Below the pieces are notes generated by a model that worked only from the letters and a program-made list of their open reading frames with translations, was not told the origin of the DNA and made no database searches. From NCBI GenBank assembly GCA_041641295.1, contig JBEPYO010000001.1, positions 192,001 through 256,000 of the forward strand: a stretch of DNA of 64,000 nucleotides, in the 5' to 3' direction. Source of the DNA: Nitrososphaerota archaeon. GTDB taxonomy: Archaea; Thermoproteota; Nitrososphaeria_A; Caldarchaeales; Calditenuaceae. Shown piece after piece: positions 50,124 to 59,839 of the stretch. The translations under genes were made by a program, and so were the position numbers. Within the stretch, counting starts at the first letter, position 1. Every line of letters starts with the position of its first letter.

Positions 50124-51446
50124 GTGGGCGCTAGTTTGACGAATCCAATGATAAACACGAAGTCAACACCAATACTTATCACGAAATATCTCCCAATACC
50201 TAAGCGGGAGTCTAAGGAGTTCTGGACTGAGAGCAGAATCCAGCACATTAGATACCTCGCCTCTACCGGGAAACCTAAGATGGTCTGGGATAGGTGCAAG
50301 TCCGAGACCTCCAGGATTCTCGACCGCGTCTTCTTCTGGAAAGAGTTGGAAGATGCCGGTGTCGAGGAAGGTGATTACGAGGTGCCGGACGGGATATCGG
50401 TTTCAACCCGCATCTGTTATGGAAGTATAGAGCTCGCCCACCCGCTGTATCTCGGCGATATGTCCTTCGGCGCCCTAAGCGGGGTTCCTAACATCGCCAT
50501 CGCCCGAGCCGCCGACCTGACCGGGACGCTTGCGGGTATCGGTGAGGGTGGGCTTCACCCGGAAGTGGGGAAGTGTAGTAGGATTGCGGTCCAGTGGGCG
50601 TCAGCAAGGTTCGGACTGGACCTCGATGTATTGAGGAAGGGAATGGCCGTTGTCATAAAGATCGGTCAAGGAGCCAAGCCTGGGATAGGTGGTCATCTTC
50701 CGGGTGTAAAGGTCGTGGAGATAATCTCTCAGACCAGGCGTATTCCTGTTGGCGTAGATGCGATCTCGCCAGCCCCTCACCATGACATATACTCGATCGA
50801 GGATTTGGAGCAGAGGATACTCGCCCTCAAGGAGGCGACCGGTCGGCCCGTGCTGGTTAAAGTCGCCGCCACCAATTACATTCCCTACATTGCTTCGGGT
50901 GTGGCGAGGATGGGTGCGGACGGAATTATAATTGATGGTCAAGGTGCGGGGACCGGAGCAGCACCCTCAGTTGTCAGGGACAATGTGGGGATTCCCATTG
51001 AGCTTGCGGTGGCTGCTGCCGACGAGATGCTGAGACGTGAGGGGCTGCGGGACGGCTTCACAATCATAGCCGCGGGGAGGGTGAGCAGTGCTGAGGACGC
51101 TGCAAAGCTAACGGCACTGGGCGCGGATGTAGCCTCGATAGGGACCGCAGCCCTCATAGCCATGGGCTGCATAATGATTCACAAATGCCACCTAGGTTTC
51201 TGTCCCGCAGTAATTACAAACAAGATAACCGATAATCCCAAAAAGGTCCTCTCACTCGATACCGCAACGAGGTGGGTTGTGAACCTGATAGAGGGATGGT
51301 CCGCGGAGCTTAAGCTGATTCTAGAGAGACTTGGACTGAAGAGTGTTGAAGAGTTGAGAGGGCGTAGGGATCTGCTGGTGGGGACCGGGTTAAGCGACTC
51401 CACACTCAGAGTTCTAGGAGTCAGGGGTGTGAGCGGTAAAAATTGA
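50124..51446 (+). CDS. Glutamate synthase FMN-binding subunit (GltB2/GltS)
   Basis: [51 protein letters not shown]5CX4C cluster motif. Confidence 0.94.
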   Translation: MGASLTNPMINTKSTPILITKYLPIPKRESKEFWTESRIQHIRYLASTGKPKMVWDRCKSETSRILDRVFFWKELEDAGVEEGDYEVPDGISVSTRICYGSIELAHPLYLGDMSFGALSGVPNIAIARAADLTGTLAGIGEGGLHPEVGKCSRIAVQWASARFGLDLDVLRKGMAVVIKIGQGAKPGIGGHLPGVKVVEIISQTRRIPVGVDAISPAPHHDIYSIEDLEQRILALKEATGRPVLVKVAATNYIPYIASGVARMGADGIIIDGQGAGTGAAPSVVRDNVGIPIELAVAAADEMLRREGLRDGFTIIAAGRVSSAEDAAKLTALGADVASIGTAALIAMGCIMIHKCHLGFCPAVITNKITDNPKKVLSLDTATRWVVNLIEGWSAELKLILERLGLKSVEELRGRRDLLVGTGLSDSTLRVLGVRGVSGKN

Positions 51447-52462
51447 GTGTCTGGAGGCGAGACATTGTATCGAATCTGCGCCTACTCGCTGGCGTTGAGG
51501 GTAAGACGGCCGGCGAGCCGCCAATAGCTAGCATGGGGGCGACAAACCCTCCTCTCATAGAGAGGCCCCTGTTTATACTCGACCATATAGTTTCGGATGG
51601 CGCCCAAGTCACGAGGCCGAGTATCGACCCGTACCGTGAACCCACTGAGACAGAGGTCTACCTTCTCGGCGGCGACCTCAGGCTTACAATGCCCATCATA
51701 ATAGGTGGCTTAACAAGTGTAGATGCCAAGCACTTGGACGTTGTGATGCTGGCGGGCTTTAGAATGGGTGTGGGTATCCATTTAGAGAACCCACCCAGCC
51801 TACAGTTCCACGTGGACGTCAGAAGGCATGTTTTTCTCGAGGCCTCCGAGGGTGATCTTCAAGGCCTGCAAAGCGGCCCAGTGGTCTTTAGCATAGAGAG
51901 TGTAGAGGAGCTGGCTAAGGTTAGGCGTGCCGTGAAAAGTTTAGGGCTTGACACACAACTGATTGCCAGGGTCCCTTCCTCAGCTAACCGCTCATTATAT
52001 CGAGAGGTTCTATTTGCCGGGTTTCAGACAGTAATAATCGATGAGGACTTAGGTGGTGAGGAGCCGCTTGAGGTGTCCCTCTCTGAGGCCGACCACACGT
52101 TAAAGAAGTTGCCGATCAATGGCTTCCCTGCCCGGTACTATGTGGGACTAATAGCGGCGTCGAAGAGGATTCGTTCCAGCTCCGACATTTTCAAGCTCGG
52201 CGGACTTGGCGCGGACGCCTGCATAATTAGAGATGCATGGCTCATTGGGGTTGATTATAAGCCGGACATCCCAGCTCACCAATTGTCGGAGAGGATTGAA
52301 AACCTTCTCATAGGCATGCAGAGGGAGATAAAGCTCTTAATGGGCGCTGCAGGAGTCAGCTCGTTTCAGAGCTCGATTGTTGGAAACCGGGAATTGTTTA
52401 GAGCCATCGATCTGCCCTACCACATGTGTGAGAGACTGGGGGTGAAGCCGGCTGGAGAGTAG
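51443..52462 (+). CDS. Degenerate GltB2-like FMN-barrel paralogue
   Basis: [42 protein letters not shown]; lacks GQGAKPG and cluster Cys. Confidence 0.8.
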   Translation: MSVWRRDIVSNLRLLAGVEGKTAGEPPIASMGATNPPLIERPLFILDHIVSDGAQVTRPSIDPYREPTETEVYLLGGDLRLTMPIIIGGLTSVDAKHLDVVMLAGFRMGVGIHLENPPSLQFHVDVRRHVFLEASEGDLQGLQSGPVVFSIESVEELAKVRRAVKSLGLDTQLIARVPSSANRSLYREVLFAGFQTVIIDEDLGGEEPLEVSLSEADHTLKKLPINGFPARYYVGLIAASKRIRSSSDIFKLGGLGADACIIRDAWLIGVDYKPDIPAHQLSERIENLLIGMQREIKLLMGAAGVSSFQSSIVGNRELFRAIDLPYHMCERLGVKPAGE

Positions 52463-54530
52463 CCACCACGTCTCCCAAGTTAAATCTGGGTGCGGTATCT
52501 TCGGTGTACTGCGGAAGGCTCACTCAAGGACTATACCGTCTGCCTATGCCCTCAACGCCATCGAATGTGTAAGGTATAGGGGCAGCAAAATGGGGGCTGG
52601 ATTCGCAAGGATTAGGCTGGACTCAGCGCGGGGTTGGAGAGTAAAGGCCTTCGCGGTATCCGATACAGTCGCTTACCAGATATTCGACATGCTCGAGGAA
52701 AATGGACATGTAGAGGTCTTATCTCAGCCCTCACCCGAGTACGCTCCCATGAATGGGGCCCTGACATCCTATACCGCGTATGTTGATGCCAGCTACGAAA
52801 GCCTCTGGAGCGCGGTCCAAGAGGTTAATGAGGTGCTCTGGAGGGATGGATTCAAGGGGCGAATATATTCCTGGGGCAGGTTTGTTGACGTGTATAAGGG
52901 TGTTGGATACCCGGCCGATGTCTATAGCCTCTACCAGATGGAGAACCGGGGTTTAGATGCTGATCTATGGATTGCCCACACGAGGCAGCCCACGAACTCT
53001 CCGGGAAGGCTGCCGGTATGGTCTCACCCGTTCTCCAGCGGTGACTGGGCTATTGTCCATAATGGCGACATAAGCTCTTTCGGCTCTAACATGGAGCTTC
53101 TCTGGTCGCTTGGCTATGAGAGCTTTGTAGGCACAGATAGTGAAGTAATCGCCTACCTCCTCGACTATCTAACCAGCATCCAACGCCTCAACGTGCAGGA
53201 AGCTGTAAGGATACTGTGCAACAGGTTTAACAGAGGTTTACCAGACCAAGAAAGCATTAAGCTGTTCTATAGGTGGCGTGGAGCGCGACTGGATGGGCCT
53301 TTCAGCGTCATAGCGGGGTTCTGCGATGGAGACGACGTATACATGGTGGCGTTCGCTGACCGCTTCAAATTTAGGCCAATCATAGTCGGCGAGGATGAAA
53401 ACTACATCTACGCCGCCAGCGAAGAAGCACAGATAAGGACGATCAGCCCAGAAGCCAACGTCTGGACCATAGAGCCTGGAGACTACTTCCTCGCCTCATT
53501 GAAGAAGGGGGTAATTTATCCGGGGAGGACTCTTCATGAAAGATTTTATACCCTGTCCACACAGCTCAAGCACCCTCCCACCACTAGGGATTGCATTGAC
53601 GCATCTTACATGAATTATAGGATGCTAAACCAAGCCATTTTGGAGAGGATAAAGGCCGGGGCTAGGCAAGTAGACATCATCAACGTTAGAGGGCAGAGGT
53701 ATATCGGCGTTGGGCTGGACTATCCCGTAAAGCTCAGAATCTTCGGCACACCCGGGAACTGCCTCGCGAACCTGAACAAGAGCCTCGAGATCGAGGTTTT
53801 CGGAAACGTCCAAGACGATGTTGGGGATGTCATGACGGGAGGGCGCGTAATAGTTCACGGCGATGCTAGGGATGTTCTTGCCCAAGCCTTTCAAGGAGGA
53901 GCCATCTATGTCAAGGGCAACGCGGGCAACAGGTGTGGTATACAGATGAGAGAGTATAGGGATAGGCGTCCCGTATTGATGATCGGCGGCAGGGTCGACG
54001 ACTATCTCGGCGAGTATATGGCCGGAGGAGTGATTGTTGTCTTGGGCCTAAACTACCTTGATACCGATGTGGAGATTGTTGGAGACTGCGTGGCGAGCGG
54101 CATGGTTGGTGGGACAATATACATTAGGGGTAAGGTCAGTCCAAGAAAGATAGGTCTCAACCCTCCCAGAGCCGACGTTATGCAGTATTTACGCGGGCTA
54201 TTATTAGAAGAGATGATATCCCTAAAAGAATACGAGGCAATAGAGTCGCTCAAAGACTTCTCACTCATCACGCTCAGAGAAATACTGTCGCCAGAGGCTG
54301 TTAAGCACGTCTCCAAACTATACGTAAACAAATACTGGAAAGAGCTTGTGGTAGAGTATCGAAGACTAAGTAGCAGCGATCTAGCAGTTCTCCAACCCCA
54401 TTTCGAAGAGTTCGGCAAAATCTTCAACCTTAGAGAAGAGGTTAACAGAGTTGTCGAGGAAAACTATTTTACTATAATATACCCGAAGCCGGATACTCGC
54501 ACAAGAGTAGAAGAACCTGAAGAGGGCTAA
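52452..54530 (+). CDS. Glutamate synthase amidotransferase (GltB1) fused to GXGXG (GltB3) domain
   Basis: Ntn Cys motif CGIFG at 52491 in frame upstream of the listed ATG; HTRQPTNS, HNGD, TDSE; GQRYIG, GTPGN, GEYMAGG. Confidence 0.92.
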   Translation: MESSHHVSQVKSGCGIFGVLRKAHSRTIPSAYALNAIECVRYRGSKMGAGFARIRLDSARGWRVKAFAVSDTVAYQIFDMLEENGHVEVLSQPSPEYAPMNGALTSYTAYVDASYESLWSAVQEVNEVLWRDGFKGRIYSWGRFVDVYKGVGYPADVYSLYQMENRGLDADLWIAHTRQPTNSPGRLPVWSHPFSSGDWAIVHNGDISSFGSNMELLWSLGYESFVGTDSEVIAYLLDYLTSIQRLNVQEAVRILCNRFNRGLPDQESIKLFYRWRGARLDGPFSVIAGFCDGDDVYMVAFADRFKFRPIIVGEDENYIYAASEEAQIRTISPEANVWTIEPGDYFLASLKKGVIYPGRTLHERFYTLSTQLKHPPTTRDCIDASYMNYRMLNQAILERIKAGARQVDIINVRGQRYIGVGLDYPVKLRIFGTPGNCLANLNKSLEIEVFGNVQDDVGDVMTGGRVIVHGDARDVLAQAFQGGAIYVKGNAGNRCGIQMREYRDRRPVLMIGGRVDDYLGEYMAGGVIVVLGLNYLDTDVEIVGDCVASGMVGGTIYIRGKVSPRKIGLNPPRADVMQYLRGLLLEEMISLKEYEAIESLKDFSLITLREILSPEAVKHVSKLYVNKYWKELVVEYRRLSSSDLAVLQPHFEEFGKIFNLREEVNRVVEENYFTIIYPKPDTRTRVEEPEEG

Positions 54531-55015
54531 ACGCTTTCCACTAGTTGGGGGGAGAAGAAGTCCTCCTTCACAACCTCCAAGACAATATGCGTTGACGTTC
54601 TCTCAACGTAGGGCATCCTTAAGACCTTCTTCACAAACTGGCTAAGCTCCTGCCGATCTCTAAACCTAGCTATGATTATCGAGTCTACCTCGCCTGTAAC
54701 ATCATAGACCGCGACAACGTTCGGCTCCTTAGCCAGCTCCCTCTGGACCTCGAGAAGCCTCCCCTCCCTAATCACAAGCTCTATTACAGCAGTGATATCG
54801 TAGCCGAATTTCTCGTAGTCTATCAGGGCGGCGAACCCCTTGATCAGACCGTTCCTCTGCAGCCGTGAAACACGGTATGCAACCGTTGCCACCGAGACGC
54901 CCAGCGCCTTCGCCAGCTCCCTATAGGAGGCACGCCCATTTCGACTGAGTATGTTTATGAGTTTAAGGTCGACTTCATCAACTTTTTTCAACATTTCGCG
55001 TAAATCCTTGGACAC
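54527..55015 (-). CDS. Lrp/AsnC transcriptional regulator
   Basis: D..D.KLI..L..NGRASYRELAK HTH; YDVTGEVD. Confidence 0.93.
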   Translation of the reverse strand: MSKDLREMLKKVDEVDLKLINILSRNGRASYRELAKALGVSVATVAYRVSRLQRNGLIKGFAALIDYEKFGYDITAVIELVIREGRLLEVQRELAKEPNVVAVYDVTGEVDSIIIARFRDRQELSQFVKKVLRMPYVERTSTHIVLEVVKEDFFSPQLVESV

Positions 55016-55052
55016 CCCTATATAAACCCTTCAACTATACCGTATAGCCCGA

Positions 55053-56171
55053 TTAAACCCCCTTCGAGTCTTCCCCCGCCTTTCTAGTCGCCGGTCTTTT
55101 AGAGGCAGCCCTAAGCCTCTGCCCCCTTTCCTGCCTAATGTATACCGTTCTGACGGGGAAGGGTATCTCGATCCCCTCAGCCCTCAGTCTTTTGACAAGC
55201 CTCTTATTCATCTCATGTATCTGTCGACCACGCTCTCTAACGTTAGTCGCTCTCCAGATGACTGTAAAATTGAGCGAGTAGTCTGCAGGCGCGAATCTTA
55301 TCAGTGGAGTGAAGTCGGGGTTTGCCCCGCCCATCTCCTTGACCGCTTTGCTCGCCTCGTCGAGTAGTATCTGTTCGACCCTGTCGGGATCCTCATCATA
55401 GCTAACACCTATAGTTGTGGAGAGTGAGAGCTCCTGTTCGGGCAGATCATAGTTAGTCGCTATCGACTCGGCAAGCTTCTTGTTCGGGATTATTATTAGG
55501 TTATTTTGAAGCGTTTGGATCTTAGTTGTTCTCCAGCTTATGTCGACCACCGTTCCCTCGCCCACACCCTCGATGCTTATGTAGTCTCCAACCCTTATCG
55601 ACTTCTCGGCCAAGATGTAGAAGCCGGAGAAGAAGTTCGCCAGCGTGTCTTGGAGAGCCAGGGCTATGGCGAGGGCACCAATACCCAGCGAAGCTACGAG
55701 TGGTGTAATCTCTATTCCCAGCTCCGACAGGACTATCACAATACCCAGCGATAAGATAGCGAACTTCGTGATGACCTGCCCCAGACTAGTCACTTGGATG
55801 GCCGCCCCAATCTTGGATCCGTAGTATTTTATCACCCCCGAAGCTATGTTGGCTACAGTCCATGCGATGGAGAGTATAAGAAGGGCTAGGAGACCCCTGT
55901 CAATAACCACGGCAAACTGGGCGGGAAGACGGATTAAACCAACCGCCGCATAGATCCCTCCTACGAAGAACCAGAGAATTATCGGAGAGCGGATAGCCCC
56001 GAGTATGACGTCGTCAAGCTTAGTCTCAGTCCTCTCTGCCCAATGCCGGATAATCCTCGTCAGAAGTTTTCTAACAGCAAAACCAATGGCTAAAATTATT
56101 GAAAAAACCAGAGCGGGGTACAGGAACTCCTCTAGCGCTGACATTTCTATGCTCGCTGTAAGCCCATCCAA
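55053..56171 (-). CDS. mscS: Small-conductance mechanosensitive channel
   Basis: LGIGALAIALALQDTLANFFSG, GDYI, WRTT, IPN, GIEIPFP. Confidence 0.93.
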   Translation of the reverse strand: MDGLTASIEMSALEEFLYPALVFSIILAIGFAVRKLLTRIIRHWAERTETKLDDVILGAIRSPIILWFFVGGIYAAVGLIRLPAQFAVVIDRGLLALLILSIAWTVANIASGVIKYYGSKIGAAIQVTSLGQVITKFAILSLGIVIVLSELGIEITPLVASLGIGALAIALALQDTLANFFSGFYILAEKSIRVGDYISIEGVGEGTVVDISWRTTKIQTLQNNLIIIPNKKLAESIATNYDLPEQELSLSTTIGVSYDEDPDRVEQILLDEASKAVKEMGGANPDFTPLIRFAPADYSLNFTVIWRATNVRERGRQIHEMNKRLVKRLRAEGIEIPFPVRTVYIRQERGQRLRAASKRPATRKAGEDSKGV

Positions 56172-56197
56172 GTAATAAATCGTAAGCCTAAGAAAAG

Positions 56198-56321
56198 TAG
56201 CCCGGGCCGGATTCGAACCGGCGTCCCCGGGGATCCCCTCCGCATGAGGGATCCAGAGCCCGGGATCCTTGGCCCCTCACGTCTGGCCATTTGGGGGGTT
56301 TGGCCGCTAGACGACCGGGCT
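56198..56321 (-). tRNA. tRNA-Gln(CTG) with two introns (31 nt at 21/22, 56299-56269; 20 nt at 37/38, 56252-56233)
   Basis: Removing both segments gives a 73-nt cloverleaf AGCCCGGTCGTCTAGCGGCCAAGGATCCCGGGCTCTGGCCCCGGGGACGCCGGTTCGAATCCGGCCCGGGCTA; BHB-type motifs at both junctions. Confidence 0.9.
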
Positions 56322-56408
56322 ATTCTCGAGATAATGTTACGGTGGCTGGTATTTTATTCTTATTGCCGCGGATGCGCATCTTTTTAACCATCTCTTGATC
56401 AATATGTT

Positions 56409-57230
56409 GTGGCGGAGCAGATGAGCGAGTCGCTACTTCATTTAAGATTCACCCCCGAGATGAGGAGTCCAGCAATAGTCATAGGATTCTCTGGCTGGCC
56501 GGACGCAGGCGGAGTCTCTTCCCTCTCAATCTCTTATCTCAGGGAGCTCCTGAATGCTAGCCAGATCGGGCACATCGACATGTCCCAATTCATCGACCAC
56601 ACACAGCATAGGCCGGTGGTGGTTATCGAGGATGGGATTCTGAAGTCTATAGGGATGCCGGGCTTCGAGATTTATTGGGGGATTGCCGCCGAGAGGGACG
56701 TGATAATGATACGAGGATATGAGCCGATGAGTGGTTGGGACAAGCTGGTCAAAGCCATATTCGCTCTCGCAGATAGGTTTGGCGTGGAGAGACTAGTCTC
56801 TATCGGCGGACTACTCGACAGAGTGCCACACACCAGGCCTGTCAGAATATCATTCTTAACAACAGACAAGGAGCTCTACTATAAGGCCCTCTCACTTGGG
56901 TTGAGGCCCTCTAACTATCAGGGCCCAGCAAGCATCCACAGCTACCTAATGTACGAGTGTGGGAAGCTGGGCTTGAAGGCAGTATCCATATGGGGCCATG
57001 TCCCCCACTACCTCAACATAGCAAACCCACGCGTAGTCGCTAGCGTGCTCGAGAAGGTGGGAGCAGTCCTTGACATGCAGCTCAACCTCGACAGACTTTA
57101 CGTTGAGGCCTCGGTGTTTGAGGGCAAAGTATCAAGTCTAGTAGAGAATGACAGCGACCTTAGACGGATAGTCGAAAGTTTAGAGAGGGAGTATGACGAG
57201 GAATCAAGACCCCCGGGCTACATAGTTTAG
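56409..57230 (+). CDS. PAC2 family proteasome assembly chaperone
   Basis: GFSGWPDAG, RP, EP, VPHTRP, WGHVPHY. Confidence 0.9.
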   Translation: MAEQMSESLLHLRFTPEMRSPAIVIGFSGWPDAGGVSSLSISYLRELLNASQIGHIDMSQFIDHTQHRPVVVIEDGILKSIGMPGFEIYWGIAAERDVIMIRGYEPMSGWDKLVKAIFALADRFGVERLVSIGGLLDRVPHTRPVRISFLTTDKELYYKALSLGLRPSNYQGPASIHSYLMYECGKLGLKAVSIWGHVPHYLNIANPRVVASVLEKVGAVLDMQLNLDRLYVEASVFEGKVSSLVENDSDLRRIVESLEREYDEESRPPGYIV

Positions 57231-57475
57231 CATTATACATAAATCACCTCCGTCATCCGAAAGTCGCTCCCTACTGGAACGATGTGAACTATGCTGCAAT
57301 AGAGCTTAGACTGACGGAGGGTCTCTGGTGAAGTAATACAGTATTTTTAGGCGCCAAAATAAAGTCGGGAAGGCTTTTACCGACTCATCGACACATGTGA
57401 ACCCTCGGAACCTCCTCCTCACCACTAGGTAACTCTGGGAAAAATTCAATAACATGGTATTAACTCCACCTAGAA

Positions 57476-58333
57476 GTGAGATTTACAATAATTGGATGCG
57501 GACGAATGGGTTCATGGTTCGCAGAGAGACTCGCTAAAAGAGGTGCGGATCTCCTGCTCATCGACCGGGAGAGGAGAAGGGCTGCCGATATTGCTGGGAA
57601 AGTTGGTGGAAGGGTCGTAACATCTCTAGACGATATTCCCCCACAGTCGCCGATTCTACTCGCCCTGCCCATTAAAGCGACCTTCGAAGTTCTAGGCCAG
57701 CTTGCCAAGATTAAAAGCCGCCGGTTCAGAATAGTTGAGATATCTTCCTTCAAGAAGCCTTTGCTGAGACAGATAGTCTATGCGAGGAGGAGAGGGCACG
57801 TAGTGGCCTCGATACACCCCCTTTTCGGGCCCGGACAGAGGGACGATAGGGGAACCGTTACGATCCACGTGGGGAGGGAGAATAGGGCAGAGGATATAAT
57901 TGTGCGGAGGCTGCTTCCGAGAACTACGATCCATAAGATGACGTGGTCAGAACATGACAAGGTCATGCTTGTTGCCCTCTCCCTCACACATTTTATAGGG
58001 ATCTCATCCGCTCAGCTATTATCAAGGACGGCAACTATGGGTGTGATGACAAAGAGCTTAGAGGCCCTTCTGACACTAGTCTCCATCAGCCTCCTAGAGC
58101 CCACTGAGTTTTACACCGAGTATCCTATGACAAATCCTGAAGCGATAAAACTATTCAAGAAATACAGGGATTCAGTTACAGAATTGGTTGAGGTATTAGA
58201 GAGGACTAAGGCAGCTGAGAATGTAAGCAAGGTTAAAAGAATCCTAAGCACACGATATGATCTGGACAGAATATACAAGCACTTCTACTCCACTCCAAGC
58301 CCCTCAGTGGTTGCAGAGAAGGACGAGCGGTGA
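57476..58333 (+). CDS. tyrA: Prephenate dehydrogenase-like protein
   Basis: GCGRMG, EISSFK, HPLFGP, EHDKVM..LTH. Confidence 0.8.
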   Translation: MRFTIIGCGRMGSWFAERLAKRGADLLLIDRERRRAADIAGKVGGRVVTSLDDIPPQSPILLALPIKATFEVLGQLAKIKSRRFRIVEISSFKKPLLRQIVYARRRGHVVASIHPLFGPGQRDDRGTVTIHVGRENRAEDIIVRRLLPRTTIHKMTWSEHDKVMLVALSLTHFIGISSAQLLSRTATMGVMTKSLEALLTLVSISLLEPTEFYTEYPMTNPEAIKLFKKYRDSVTELVEVLERTKAAENVSKVKRILSTRYDLDRIYKHFYSTPSPSVVAEKDER

Positions 58334-58426
58334 AGCTCCAGACCATCCACTATAGCGCGCGGTACTGCAAATCTGCGTACCTCCGATATTTATATATACG
58401 AAACACAGTGCTCATCCACCTAAGGT

Positions 58427-59002
58427 ATGAGGAGATCAATTAAATCCTCAAGGGTAGCAGCATCTAGGCTAGCGGTCGCGATCGTTGTTGCAGCAGTAAT
58501 AGTGGTCGTTGCAGCAGTCTCGTTCCTCTATTTGATTCCGAGAGGCCCCACAGAGATTTCGCTGACGGCTCAGGAGTTTGGGTTTAACCAACCATCAGGG
58601 GGTCCAACCATTCGAATCAAGAGTGGAGAACAGGTAAAGATAGTCCTAGTGAATAGGGGAGGGATGGATCACGAGTTTATGATCGTTAAGAATGTGGAAA
58701 GTTTCCACAGCGAGCTGGATAAGAAGGTGATGGAGCTTCAGGGCATGGGGATGAGTATGGAGGAGATAATGGAGTCTGAGGAGTTAGAAATGCTTCACCA
58801 CAAGTATGTTGTCATGGATGTTCTTACAGTAAATGGGGTGAAAGAGAGCGAGGTTGAGGTTGAGCCCGGGGAGAGAAAGGAGTTCTTCCTAACCCTTACT
58901 GAGCCTGGAACGTATTACTATGTTTGCGCTGAGGTAGTTGGAGTGTTCCCCCACAGCCACATCGACAGGGGGATGTGGGGAGTGATAGAGGTTACACAAT
59001 AG
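58427..59002 (+). CDS. Membrane-anchored cupredoxin (type-1 copper) with Met/His-rich insert
   Basis: N-terminal TM, HEFM, PGTYYYVC...H....M ligand set. Confidence 0.85.
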   Translation: MRRSIKSSRVAASRLAVAIVVAAVIVVVAAVSFLYLIPRGPTEISLTAQEFGFNQPSGGPTIRIKSGEQVKIVLVNRGGMDHEFMIVKNVESFHSELDKKVMELQGMGMSMEEIMESEELEMLHHKYVVMDVLTVNGVKESEVEVEPGERKEFFLTLTEPGTYYYVCAEVVGVFPHSHIDRGMWGVIEVTQ

Positions 59003-59194
59003 AAGCTATGGTCTATCCCATGTGGTAGTCAGCAGTTATACGGCAGAAGTCTTGGTCTAGAGGTACGGCACATTCTCAACCCAGACTGTCTCTCGGTATG
59101 ATTGAGGCGGTAGAGTTCAGGCATAGTCCGTATTATTGATCCAATGGATTGTTGGTTGGAAAGGCTCATATATCCGACAGAAACTATCTAATCC

Positions 59195-59800
59195 GTGCAG
59201 AGGTATACTCTTCCCCAACTACCTTACGCATACAATGCTCTCGAGCCAGTAATCTCTGAGCAGATTATGACGCTACACCACACGAAACACCACCAAGCAT
59301 ACGTGAATGGCGCCAACGCTGCCTTGGAGAAGATTGAGAAGGCTTCGCGCGGTGAGTTGGAGATCGATGTCCGAGCAGTGCTGAGGGATTTGAGCTTTAA
59401 CCTCGATGGGCATAAGCTTCACTCCATCTTCTGGCCAAACATGGCACCACCTGGCAAGGGGGGTGGAAAGCCTGGCGGCGGGATTGCAGATCGTATCGAG
59501 AAGGAATTTGGAGGGTTTGACCGGTTCAAAAAACTGTTTAGCGACGCGGCTAAGACGGTTGAGGGTGTGGGGTGGGCCCTCCTCCTCTACGACCCTGAGA
59601 CGGACAGACTGGTCTTAACGCAGATAGAGAAGCAGAATCTAATGCACCTCGCCCAGCTACCAATTCTACTATCGCTCGACGTATGGGAGCATGCATATTA
59701 CCTGCAATACAAGAATGACCGCGCCAGCTATGTGGATGCATGGTGGCAGGTTGTAAACTGGGACGATGTGGAGAAGAGGTTCAGCAAGGTTAAGGTTTAG
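59195..59800 (+). CDS. sod: Fe/Mn superoxide dismutase
   Basis: LPYAYNALEP, HHTKHH, LHSIFW, DVWEHAYY. Confidence 0.97.
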   Translation: MQRYTLPQLPYAYNALEPVISEQIMTLHHTKHHQAYVNGANAALEKIEKASRGELEIDVRAVLRDLSFNLDGHKLHSIFWPNMAPPGKGGGKPGGGIADRIEKEFGGFDRFKKLFSDAAKTVEGVGWALLLYDPETDRLVLTQIEKQNLMHLAQLPILLSLDVWEHAYYLQYKNDRASYVDAWWQVVNWDDVEKRFSKVKV

Positions 59801-59839
59801 AAAGTAGAGCCTCAGTCCACCTACCGGTGTTGTCTATTT

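Noticed and set aside
59003-59194. Intergenic gap with a short minus-strand ORF
   Set aside because: No SD, no motif and no stable structure seen; likely the sod promoter region
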